DNA of 62,983 bases, filler included, from Hyphochytrium catenoides (taxonomy: Eukaryota > Protista > Hyphochytriomycota): the NCBI GenBank assembly GCA_900088475.1. It is 16 parts of 16 records of this genome, joined end to end, with 100 filler letters (N's around TTAATTAATTAA, not from the genome) between each part and the next. Parts side by side here need not be neighbours in the genome. Positions count along the whole stretch, not along the records: positions 17,246 to 32,249 come from FLMG01002862.1; positions 32,350 to 40,948 come from FLMG01003352.1; 14 more parts are not named here. One strand, 5' to 3'. A program made the position numbers and the translations under genes. Shown in pieces: positions 26,501 to 38,245 of this stretch. Numbering within the stretch: position 1 is the stretch's first letter; each line of letters starts with the position of its first letter. The notes beneath the pieces were generated by a model. The model had not been told where the DNA came from. It ran no database searches and worked only from the letters and a program-made list of their open reading frames with translations.

Positions 26501-27052
26501 AGATTGAAGTAGAGAACGACCAAGTATTTAATGCGCTTATAGACCAGACAGGGATGGAGGGCAAGGTAAGCGCCACCAACCCTAAGCGGTACAGCTAGGG
26601 CAAATCAGGGGAGGATAAAGAGATCAGGGAGAGAGAAAGGAGGAGAACTCAAAAGTGAACACGGAGAATACCCGGTATGGATGGTTGTCCTGCTAGAACA
26701 ATAGCTGGTCGGGCAAGGGCTTCAAGATCCCTGCACTGCTTAGCGAGGACGAAACCTAACCCTTCGCTGTTTGACAGGTGGTCTTCAAGGACATTCACGA
26801 GCTGCGTGCCCTCATGCTCTTGGGGCCAGAGGGCAATAAGAGAGCCCCGAAGAATGTAAGGGAAGGTTATATTCCTGACGGCTCGAAGGTCTACCTCAGG
26901 AACGGCAATGATACGTTTGTCTCGGGATGGAGCAAGGGAGCCAGTCGACTTACAGTCAACGTCGAGGACAGGATCGCGGCTTTGCGGGAAGAAGTCCAAG
27001 CCCAACAGGCTGAGATCGTTAGTACATTAATGCTCCCCTGACTGCGCTACCA

Positions 27053-27101
<49 letters not shown>

Positions 27102-27154
27102 ACTGGCACGCGGTAAATGAGTTACACTCTCTCTCTTTCATTACTTCTTTGTCG

Positions 27155-27190
<36 letters not shown>

Positions 27191-30100
27191 GACTCTCACA
27201 CAACTGGCACGCGGTAAATGAGTTGCACTCTCTCTCTTTCGGTACTTCTTTGTCTGACTCGCCATCCATCACTTTCCTTCACTTTCCCACATTGCTATTC
27301 ATAATGTGCTGCCTATTGTCACCATCGGGAACTCTGTGCATACCTCGCTCTGACTGCTATGCTCGTCTCTGCTCTCTGACCTCTGCGACCCTTGCTCTTT
27401 TGCATTATGTCTGCTTTGGCGATGACACAGGCCATTCACAAGGCAAAGTTGGAAGAGATTCAGCGCTCCAAGCAGGGCCTGGAGCAGGATAAGGCAAGGG
27501 TGGACCGGCTGATTGCTAGGGACAACAGCGAGATCCCTCGAGCAGAAAGAAAGATTAAGGACTTACGGGATAGCCTTGCAGAGGTAAGAATAACAACAGG
27601 AAAATAATGCTTTCAACGGGCTGAAGGATGGGGAGACAAGGACCAAGCTCTGGGTGGTGGCCTATCGTCCTCTTTGTTCCCCTCTCCCCCTCCGGGGCCT
27701 TTTTTTAACTCTCTCCTCTCTCTTTCTCTCTCCTCTCTCTCCCTCACCGTCGTCTTTGATGATATTAGGAAACAGAGGTCGACACAACGGCTATTGAGCA
27801 AGAAATCGAGGATTACAACCAGCAGATGGAGGAACTCAGTGCCAAGAAAGAAGAGATCTTAGAGAGAATCGAGGCCAGAGAAGGAGAGTTAGAGCCCTAT
27901 GAGGTATGGAAGAACCTAGCTAGCTAGGTGGTGTCCTCAAAGGTGTCCTCCCTTGGAGGGGTCAATAGAAGGGAAAAGAGATGGATGGAGAGGAAGGAAA
28001 AGCGAGGGTCTCAGAGAGGGAGAGAGCGACAAGCAGTGTCAAAGAGACCGTCAAAACCTACCGGAAGAATCGCTACACCTTTCACTCACTGAGGCTTCAC
28101 CGCAGTCTCGACTGGAATCCCTGAGATTCGAGAACCAAATAGAGGTTCGGCAGGAACAGATGGAGAAAGAGCTGGAGAGCATGACGGCAAAGCTGGAGGA
28201 TCAAGCCCGCAGGACTAGGCGTAGGCTGAAGGCTGTCAGTGAACATGAAGCCGCTGTCTCCACACTAGAGCAAGATTTTCGAGAGAAACAGGTTCGTCTT
28301 CGTCTCATAAATCTCTTTCTCTGAGAAGGATGACCGGTACAAATAAGCCAGAGATGGGGCTCACCTTCCGCTCCCTTGTAGGCAAAGCTCCCAGAAGTTA
28401 AGGCAAAGGCTGCGAGAATTGAGCAGAACGAGAATTATCCCCATGGTGATAGAATCGAGCTTGGAGAACCATCCCATAAAGTTAGAGAGGCCTTAGACGT
28501 CACAAAAGTAGGGAAGGAGTATCTTTGCACCTCTCTCCTGCGTATACGTTACTTACTCGCATCTTTTCTCGTCAGTACGGCTCTCTCTTGCATCTTTCAT
28601 CCCTTAGCCTCCTACTTACGATCTATGTGAGGTCTCTCTTCATCTCTTTGGCTGACTCTCTCCTTCCTAGAAACGCGTAGAGCAGCATCGAGCCAAGTAC
28701 AAAGTCGTTGACTCTGCGGATCTTCTTCACCGCTATGAAGGTCTCAAAAGCAAGCTTGAAGGAAAGCGCGAGGCCTATCGCACGGTAGAGTCTGTCAACT
28801 CTCTGGCTTTGACCTTCTCTTCTATCATTAAGACTTATCCTCGCTAGTCTCAACGCCTTCTTCAGAGGTCTCTATCTCTATCTGGTGGTCTCTCGCTCTC
28901 TCTCCGTCCCCCTGAGGCAGACTTCACTCTTTATCTGCCCCTTGCACTTGAGCTATCCTTGATATTGCGCTTCTCTCCTTCCTCATTAAGTTCCATCCAC
29001 TTCACCTTCCAAGCGGTCTGTTCTACCATTCTCTTCTGTCATTCTCTTGATTATACGGTCAGTCTTGCTTCTCCTTTCCATGCTCAGGCTAGAGGTTTAT
29101 GCAGGCCTTACTCTGACTTCCGTCGTCCTCTCTGTGCCAGGTTGAGGAGAATCTCAGCATCATTGAGAAAATGCTGATCTCCCGTGAGAAGTTATGGAGC
29201 GAGTTCTCAGTGGCACTTTCCCGCGCTGTGTGTTTGGAGTTCTCCCGTCTTTTGTGTGAGAAGAATATTCAAGGTCGGATTCTGCTGGATCATGCCAAGA
29301 AGACGCTGGACTTCAAGGTAGATAGGGCTTCTCTGAGTTTCCTCCCCCAATTATCTGGCCCCTAAGACCTTTGAGCTCATTATGTTTCAGTCTATGGCAT
29401 TACTTTCACTTCTGCCTGAAGCACTATTGCTATTGTCTCTTTGATAGATAGGTGGACTCTCCGTGTTTCTTCTTTGCAAATGACTACCAAGCTCTACTAA
29501 GAGGTCTGCCACTAACTGCTGCTGAAGATTGAAGGCAAGGGAGCGACAGTCTCTGCCCGAGAGGGAGACAGCGCCGGTAAAAGGAGGAAGAAAAAGGATG
29601 CTCAAAATGCTGGGGTCGACATGTCTGCGGTTGAGCCCAGTGAGAGCGAGAAGGAGAAAGAAAAGACAGACTCCAGTACTTTGTCAGGAGGAGAGAGGTA
29701 AGCCTTGCTTCATTATATATCTGACCGTACGAATAATTGCTCACATTCTTTTTGGCTCTTCTTCCTTCTCCATTCTCCATCATGCAGGTCAACAGTCCAG
29801 CTAGCTTTCTTAGCTGCTGTGGGCCAGTCTTCGGACTGTCCTTTCCGGATTTTCGATGAATTTGATGTTTATATGGACAGTAAGAACCGCACCACGGCCC
29901 TCAACAGCCTGGTGGAGATGGGTCTCAATCGTTCGACGCAGCAGTATATCTTCATCACGCCCAATGACTTGAGGTAGAGGGAAATGTTTTTGATTCTTTC
30001 TTCCTCTCTCTTCTTCTACCTGCCCTTTGGCTCTCGCTTCCTCATCTGAGGAAGGTGCTTTTCAAATTCTACTCTATCTTAGCTAACGCCACAGATTCCC

Positions 30101-30481
30101 TCTTGGTCTCTCTTGCCTTAGGCGAACTGTGCCTTTACTCCTCTTAAAATGTCTGACAAACCTTCTATACTCTCCTCTCCCCCCCTCCCCTCTTTTCTTC
30201 CTCTCTCTCTCTCTTTTTGTCTTCCCTCTCCCCCCGCCTCTCTCTCTCTCTCTCTCTCTCGCTCGCTCTCTCTTCATTCTCTCTCTCTTCTCTTTGTCTC
30301 TGTGCTCATGCCTTACCTCTATCATTTCTTTCTCCAACCCAACTCTCTCTATCTCTATAGCTCGATCGATCGAGAGAGCGCTGGCGCCATGCTGTCGATG
30401 CACAAACTGAGGGCTCCACGCTCCCCGGCCGATGCCGCCACCGCCGCGGCAGCAGGTCGGGAGGGCAGCAGAAGCCCCTAA
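23579..30481 (+). CDS. SMC6: SMC6 paralogue 2 (complete, intron positions shared with paralogue 1)
   Basis: NFMCH, GQNGSGKSA, IDNPCAVLDQEEAKLFI, PPIGPIG, LSGGERS, PFRIFDEFDVYMD and QYIFITP. ATG 23579, TAA ending 30481. Confidence 0.93.
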
Positions 30482-31191
30482 AGCCAGCCCTCATCCTATT
30501 TATTTCGTGATTCTCTATTTGAAGTGACACCTAGCACTTATGTTAGGCATAGGAAATAGCATATAGAGGTCAAATTAGGCCTTTGCTTCTGTTTACCTCC
30601 TTGTTTTGTCGTGGTGCTTCGAATCAAACTAATCTATTTGATCTAATTAATCTATGGCTCAGCTATAGTCGTATTAAACTCATGTTGGGACATTAGGCTC
30701 GCTTACGAGATCTAAAGTTTGTTCAAATAAAAACACATTATAGCAGTCTTATATAGGAGCTTGTAAGGTTAATCCGGACTTCTTCGCTTTTTGGGAGGAT
30801 TGTTGAGGGACCGAAACGGCCTTGGGCTTCTGATGCTGTGGCGTGCCGCTTGGAGACCTGCCGTCTCATGACTCGGCAGCCGGTCTGCAGATGGAGCTCA
30901 GGTGAAGCTCGCATGGAGACTGTAGCTTTCAAGTCTCCAGCCATAGAACTCCATGCTAGCCCCAGACGGCCAAAGAGGCAATGCGGCTACGTGTAGTCCG
31001 TCCCACAGTTAGCGCTAGAGGAGGTCGACTGGAGGTGAAAGGCAGCCTTCTTAGAGCTATAACTACAGGCCAAGTCTTCTTTGCACTTGGCGGAAACGAG
31101 ATGCTCACGGGTCAGCTAGACTACTGAAGGAAGTAGGTCAGGGGCAGTCAAAGAACAGGCAGGGTGCTTTCCAATCAACCTGAACAGAGCT

Positions 31192-31809
31192 ATGGGTCCA
31201 AAGACTGCCACAAAGAAGCGCTCCGCTCCAGCCACGGCAGAGGAGGAGGACCGTGACCGAGAAGAAGAAGACGATGAAGATAGGTAGGCCAGTCGTTTAA
31301 GGAAAGGAATGTGGAGAGAGGTATTAACGAGAGAGACTTCAAAGGAGCGGGGAAGAGAGCATGATGGAGAAAGTATGCCCTTAGACAAGAGTTGGAATTC
31401 TCTAATTGCCATTTATGCAGTGCTGAGGAGCTGCAGTCCTCGTCTGAGGCCATTCCTCGTCAACCTGGTTCCCTAGCTAGACAGAAGGCAAAGCGCCCAC
31501 GTACAGAGGCGCCAAGAGAAAGACAGCAACGGACTCTCCAAAGTGAGCCGGGAGTCATACAAGAAATAACGGTTGAGAACTTCATGTGCCATCGGAAGCT
31601 GAAGGTGAAGCTGAACCCTTCGATCAACTTCATCACGGGGCAGAATGGGAGTGGAAAGAGTGCCATTCTGTGTGCTCTGCAGATCTGTCTTGGAGCCAGT
31701 GGTGAGGGGCGATGTCAGGATGGCGACGCAATGCTTATTTTTGTCTGAGAAGCTTTCTTTAGTGACAATGGCTGTTGTCTCTCTTCTTTCTCTCTCCCTC
31801 TCATTCTCT

Positions 31810-31846
<37 letters not shown>

Positions 31847-32173
31847 CTCGCTCTCTCTTTCTCTCTTTCTTGCGCGCTGTCTCTCCTTTTCTCTTTCTTG
31901 CGCTCTCTCTCTCTCATTTTCTCTCGCTCTTGCACTATCTCTTTGCGGGCCGTCGTCCCTGATGCTGCAGCTTCCTTATTCGTGGCATTGTACTTTTCTC
32001 ATATCCCGCTGGTCCTTGGTTTGCCCTTTCTTCCTCGTGCTTACTCCCTCTTGGTTACCTTTCCGCGTGACTTCTAGCTAAAGTCACCCATCGAGGGAGA
32101 GGCTTGAGGGATCTCATCCGCCATGGCTCCGCTAGCCAGCCTGCGTATGCTCGGGTAACCCTTTGTAACACGG
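31192..32173 (+). CDS. SMC6: SMC6 paralogue 3, first three exons only (cut by the spacer at 32250)
   Basis: EPGVIQEITVENFMCHRKLKVKLNPSINFITGQNGSGKSAILCALQICLGAS|AKVTHRGRGLRDLIRHGS, with the same intron positions as the other two copies. Confidence 0.9.
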
Positions 32174-32422
32174 GTGCGGGTCTCCCACTCTGTCTCTCGG
32201 ACTCTTTTGGTCTCTTTCCTCTCTCTCTCTTTCCCTCTCTCTCTCTCTCNNNNNNNNNNNNNNNNNNNNNNNNNNNNNNNNNNNNNNNNNNNNTTAATTA
32301 ATTAANNNNNNNNNNNNNNNNNNNNNNNNNNNNNNNNNNNNNNNNNNNNAGAGAGAGAGAGAGGAATACAGGGAGACAAAAGTGGAGAGAGAAAGTCTAC
32401 AGAGGGAGAGGAAAGAAGGAGA

Positions 32423-32460
<38 letters not shown>

Positions 32461-33000
32461 TACAGGGAGGCAAAGAGCGGAGAGAGAAAGTTCACAGAGA
32501 GAGAGAGATACAGAGGAAGAAGGAGAGAGGGACATAAAGAGAGAAGGAAAACTCAAGAACAAAGGGATAACCAGCGAGAGACAGGAAAAGTAAGAGAGGG
32601 GGTCGTGCAAACTCAGAGAAAGGCCATACCATGCGTCACACATTCTCACACACTCTCTCTCTTTCCTTACCCTCCTCCCTCCACCTTCTACCCCATTTAC
32701 TATCCGGCATCGTTTTTCTCTCTCTCTGTCTCTCTCTCCTTTCTTTCTTTCTTTCTTTCTCGCTCTCTCTATGCCTGGGTCTCTCTCTCTTTCCTCTCTT
32801 TCTCACATACCCATGCATTTTCTGGTGTTGGATCTCTCTCTCAATGCACGGTCTCCATCCTTTTTCTCTTTATCTCTCTTTCTTTCTCTCTCTCTTTTTC
32901 TTTCTCTGTCTTTTTTCTCTCTCTCTTTCTTTCTCTCTCTCTCTTTCTTGCTCTTTCTTTCTCTCTCTCTCTCTTTCTTTCTCTCTCTCTCTCTCTTTCT

Positions 33001-33041
<41 letters not shown>

Positions 33042-33042
33042 G

Positions 33043-33209
33043 GTCGGTTAGTGGACGATGAGATCAATGGTCTGCTGGTCCGTCCTCTGGTCCCTGGCTG
33101 TCGCCTTCACTGTGTGATCGATGCGTGTCATAGCGGAACCGTCCTCGACCTTCAGTATCTCTCTCATGGAGCACACGGATACCAGCCCTGGGTCTGGCAG
33201 ATGCACGTA

Positions 33210-33241
<32 letters not shown>

Positions 33242-33570
33242 GGGAGAGAGTGAGAGAGAGAGGAGAGAGTGAAAAGGGGGGGAGAGAGAGAAGAGAGGGG
33301 GGAGAGAGAGAGAGAGAGAGAGAAGAATGAGGGCATTCAAGAAGAGAGACTTCAAGACAGAGAACGACAGGGGAAAAAGGGAGAGAAGGGAAAAGAGACA
33401 GAATGGTGGAGAGGCAAAACAATAAAGAGAGAGAGAGAAGAGAGAGAAAAATGTGAGCAGACCGAAAGCACAGACGATGTCTCGGTATCTTTATTTCTAA
33501 CAGGCTTTACCCTCCTTCTCTCTGCGTTCGCTCTTCTTTGTTCTCTCTCCTGGCGTCTCCCTTCTCTCTC

Positions 33571-33614
<44 letters not shown>

Positions 33615-35547
33615 CAATGTGGGGCGGATATAAAGGAAGCGCAGGAGGCGAAGTGATTTGCTTCTCAGGCTGTGCTGACCATCAGACCTCGATCGACACC
33701 ATGGCTTACTCAAAAGTAGGCACCAGCTCTCTCTTTCTCTCCTTTTCCCTCTCACCCTCTCTCTGTTCTCCTTTCTTTCTCTCTCCTCCCACCGGTCCCT
33801 CCAACTCTCTCTCTCTCTTCCGTCTTGGTGTTCCCCTCTGTATATCTCTCTCCTCTTCTGTCTAGCGTTAGGTTTACTCTCTTTCCTGTGTTTTCACAGT
33901 GCTTTTGCTGCGCATTCTTGTGCTTCGCCTCTCTGCTTTCTCTCTCTTTCTCTCTCTCTCTTGTCTTCACTTTGCGTTTCCACCAGTTCGCGATAATTTG
34001 TCGTTGGTCTCCTCTTATCCTGACGCCCCTGTCCCTTTCTCTCTCTCTTTTTTCTCTCTCTCTCCTTCTCTCTCTTTCTCTCTCTCTCTCTTTTTATTCT
34101 CTCTCTCTCTTTCTCTTCCTCTTTCTCTCGCTCTCTTTTTTTTCCCCTCCGTCTCTGTCCCTCTCTCCTCCTCCTCCTCTCTCTCTTCTCTTCCTCTTTC
34201 TCTCGCTCTCTTCTTTCTCCCTCCATCTCTGTTCTCTCTCTCCTCCTCCTCTTCTCGCTCTTTCTCCTTCTCTCGCTCTCTTTGTTTCTCCCTCCGTCTC
34301 TGTCTCTCTCTCTCCTCCTCCTCCCTCTCTTCCTCTTTCTCTTTCTCTCGCTCTCTTTCTTTCTCTCTCCGTCTCTGTCTCTCTTTCTCCTCCTCCTCTT
34401 TCTCTTTCTCTTTCTCTCGCTCTCTTTCTTTCTCTCTCCGTCTCTGTCTCTCTTTCTCCTCCTCCTCTTTCTCTTCCTCTATCTCTCGCTCTCTTTCTTA
34501 CTCCATCCGTATCTGTCTCATTCTCTCCTTCTCCTCCCCTCTCTCTTTCTCTTCCTCTTTCTCTCGCTCGCTCTCTTTCTTTCTCCCTCCGTCTCTGTCT
34601 CTCTCTCTCCTCCTCCCTCTCTTTCTCTTCCTCTTTCTCTCGCTCTCTTTCTTTCTCTCTCCGTCTCTGTCTCTCTCTGTCCTCCTCCTCCTCTCTCTCT
34701 TCCACTTTCTCTCGCTCTCTTTCTTTCTCCCTCCGTCTCTGTCTCACTCTCTCCTCCTCCTCCTCCCTCTCTATCTCTTCCTCTTTCTCTCGCTCTCTTT
34801 CTTTCTCTCTCCGTCTCTGTCTCTCTCTGTCCTCCTCCTCCTCTCTCTCTTCCTCTTTCTCTCGCTCTCTTTCTTTCTCCCTCCGTCTCTGTCTCACTCT
34901 CTCCTCCTCCTCCTCTCTCTCTTTCTCTTCCTCTTTCTCTCGCTCTCTTTCTTTCTCCCTCTATCTCTGTCTCTTCTCCTCCTCCTCCTCTTCCTCTTTC
35001 TCTCGCTCTCTTTCTTTCTCCCTCCGTCTCTGTGTCTCTCTCTCTCCTTCTCCTCTCTCTCTTTCTCTTCCTCTATCTCTCGCTCTCTTTCTTTCTCCCT
35101 CCGTCTCTGTCTCACTCTCTCCTCCTCCTCCTCCCTCTCTTTCTCTTCCTCTTTCTCTCGCTCTCTCTCTTTCTCTCTCCGTCTCTGTCTCTCTCTGTCC
35201 TCCTCCTCCTCTCTCTCTTCCTCTTTCTCTCGCTCTCTTTCTTTCTCCCTCCGTCTNNNNNNNNNNNNNNNNNNNNNNNNNNNNNNNNNNNNNNNNNNNN
35301 NNNNNNNNNNNNNNNNNNNNNNNNNNNNNNNNNNAAGTCCATCGAAGGCGGACGAGGCCGGACATATTCCCAATTAATGGGGAGCATGTTTGACGTTATC
35401 AAGAATCCAAGCCATCAGGCCTCTCCCGCTGGGCCTCAGAGTCAAGGTCTTTTCTCTTTCCTTCTCTCAGGCTCCAGAGGCTTCGAGCAGAACCCAACCA
35501 TCACCTCCAACGCCCCCTTTGATCCTAATAAGCCTTTCTCTCTCTAG
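33043..35547 (+). CDS. Type I metacaspase, C-terminal exons (33043-33206, 33614-33715, and gap to 35547)
   Basis: VDDEINGLLVRPL...LHCVIDACHSGTVLDL contains the catalytic Cys. Also GGEVICFSGCADHQTSIDT and the C-terminal TYSQLMGSM...QNPTITSNAPFD. Confidence 0.92.
34090..35256. repeat. Polypyrimidine minisatellite in a metacaspase intron
   Basis: Roughly 15-20 copies of a ~60-70 bp unit of the form CTCGCTCTCTTTCTTTCTCCCTCCGTCTCTGTCTCTCTCTCTCCTCCTCCT..., running into an N gap. Confidence 0.9.
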
Positions 35548-35805
35548 GACAGATGTAGAGAGAAAGAGAGAGGAAGACAGAGAGGGTAGAAAAGGAAAGA
35601 GAAGAGACAGAGACAACCCACATTTACTGAGAAGATGAAAGGAGTACTGTAGGAGCAACAGAGAGGGAGAGAGCCAATCCGTTTGCTCTCAAGATAGGGC
35701 AAAAATAGATTTCAAGAGAGGATAGATGGGGAAACTAGCTATACAGAACGCGGTTAGACAATAAAGAGGGGATAAGGCTGCGGTTGCGGGAGGCGAGAGG
35801 GAGAA

Positions 35806-35848
<43 letters not shown>

Positions 35849-36436
35849 GAGAAGACAAGCGGAGGGATAGAAAGAGGTAGAATAGAGAATTAGACGACTA
35901 GGCATGAAGGTACAGGATCGTTTTCCCGGCAATATCCCTTCCTGCTTGGTCTCTCTCTCTCTCTCTCTGGTCCAGCGATGTTATTAGTTAGGTCTTTGTC
36001 AGAAAAAACGTGAGATGAAGGAGATTCATATCAATATATATATATTGCTTAGCCATATATATCTCTCTCCGCTCCCTTTCCAGATCTCTCTCTCTTCCAG
36101 CAGTGTCCTGAGTTTCTCTTCTAAAGCTTTAGGCCCCGTAAGGCTCCTTCATACACTCCTTTCACTTTTTTCTGCTCCTTTGCGCTCCTCTTTTCTCTCT
36201 TCTCTCCTCGTATTCTCGGTTTTCTCTGTCGTTCCCCTAAAGTGAGATCGCCTTTAGCAGTTTTGAGTCTCAGAAGCATTTTATTGGCAGTCGCTCTTCT
36301 GTTTCGCTGCCTAGTAACTTCTCTTCGCCACTCTCCTTCTCTACGCAAAAAGGAATAGGAAAAGAGGGAGAAAGAGAGAGAGAGAGACGGAACTGGATGC
36401 TTTCTCTCTTTTCCCTCTTCTGGCCATCTCGCACAG

Positions 36437-37026
36437 CTAGCTCCACAGCCAAGGGAACGCACTGGGCTTCTCCGCCTGCACCTTCTCCATTGTAGAGAGA
36501 AAGATCTGTTCTTTGAGCTTCAGCGTGGCTTTCGATCCGTTCAGCGTCACATCCACCGCGCCCGCCGCCGCCACATCCGAGAGCTTCAGTGCCGCCACAT
36601 AACGCTGCAGATCCTATAAATAATGAATAAACCTCCATTAGAATCGCGTCAAAATGCAGTCTTTCTCTTATTTTTTTAAAGAAAGTTTGAATAGAGATGA
36701 GAAAAAGACAAAGGGAAAAAAAGGAATAATGGACATTATGAAGAACTGGCTTTCTTTATAAATAGCACAAAGAGGTCAGTACTTTTTCCTCAGTAAAGAG
36801 GAATGAAAAGCCACGCCGCCACACATTAGAGTTTAAGGGAATTATGTGACCTTTATTGGCATTTTATTGCAGGTTTATTCTTACCTCGACAAAAGCGCCG
36901 TCCTTTTCCTTCTCCAGCGCGGCCCAGGCGCCATTCTCAGCAAAGGCGACGCCCTCGCGACGGAAGACAATCTTCAGAAGGCTGCTGCCTACTTCCGTCT
37001 CCTAGAGAGTAAGAGAGTAAGAGAGA

Positions 37027-37087
<61 letters not shown>

Positions 37088-38211
37088 AGAGATAAGGGAC
37101 AAGGTGGGAGGTGAAGAGACACAAAGAGAGAAGGACGGCAACGAGGAAGAGATCCACATTGAGAGAGAGAGAGGAAGCGAGAGAGAGAGAGAGGGAGAGA
37201 GAGAGAGAGAGAGGGAAAGAGAGAGAGAAAGCAAGCGAACGACTCTACAACGATCAGCCGCTTTATAAATCTCACCTCTGAGGCGATGATAACTGAATGC
37301 TTGGGCAGGAGAGAGAGAGGGAGAGGTTTGAGGTTGAGAATGTTAACGAGAAGAGGGACATTCTTCTCTATCGCAGTCGTTACGCCGCCATCTCCTTTCT
37401 CCTCAAAGAAAACTTCCACTCTGTCTGACACCTGCAGACCCGCCTTCTTCCTAAGCTTCTGCACTCGGTTGGTAACCTCACGAGCAAGGCCCTAGAAAGA
37501 GGAGAAGGAGGGAGAGAGAGAGAGAGAAGAGAGAAAACGAGGAGAGAGAGAGAGTGAAGGTAATTCAGAGAGGCAGTATATATATACAAGGAAGAGAAAG
37601 CGACAAAACAGAGGTAGAAAGATAGCAGGTAAACATCGAATAGAGAGAAAGAGATAAAGAAAAGAGACGCTGAGAGAAAGAGAACACGAGAGAGAGAAGA
37701 CGCATGTGTAAGAATGACCAGCAAGAAGGATGCGAGACAAGAAGGAAAGAGAGGGGGAGAGAGCGAGAGAGAGAAAGAGCCTCTTGTCTCCTGCTATGTC
37801 TCACCTGAAGCTTGAGTTCATCATCCTGCCGCGTGTCCAGCACCACCACCAGAGAACCATCGTCAGAGGGAACGGCCTCGAACACCACTAATAAAGAGAG
37901 ATAAGAAAGAAAGAAGAGAGAGAGAGAGAGAAGGGGTGGGGGGAGAGAGGGAGGACGTGGAAGAAGAGAGAGAGAGACGAATGTGGATTGTATTAGCAGT
38001 GACACACTGGGATGGACTGTAAAAAAAAAAGACACAAAAGATCACCGATATACCGCAAGGGAGGGTGGCGAAGTGACGAAGAGAAAGAGAGAGAGGAAGG
38101 CTACAAAAAAAAAGAGAAGACACCGGAAAAAGAGAGACATTGCAAAGAGAGAGAGAGAGACAAAAAGCAAGAACGAGTCCATGCGAGCCCCAAAGAGAGA
38201 GAAAGATGGGG

Positions 38212-38245
<34 letters not shown>

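Noticed and set aside
17500-32173. Alternative identity as SMC5, Rad50 or bacterial Wadjet/SbcC
   Set aside because: NFMCH, PPIGPIG and DEFDVYMD motifs plus spliceosomal introns are specific to eukaryotic SMC6.
33825-35393. Long 400-500 aa Leu/Ser-rich and Arg/Glu-rich ORFs, and many similar ones elsewhere
   Set aside because: These are translations of stop-free CT/AG microsatellite in introns, not proteins.
17500-35547. SMC6 array plus adjacent metacaspase as a sensor-effector defence island
   Set aside because: They are separated by the spacer at 32250-32349, both genes are truncated there, and linkage is unproven.
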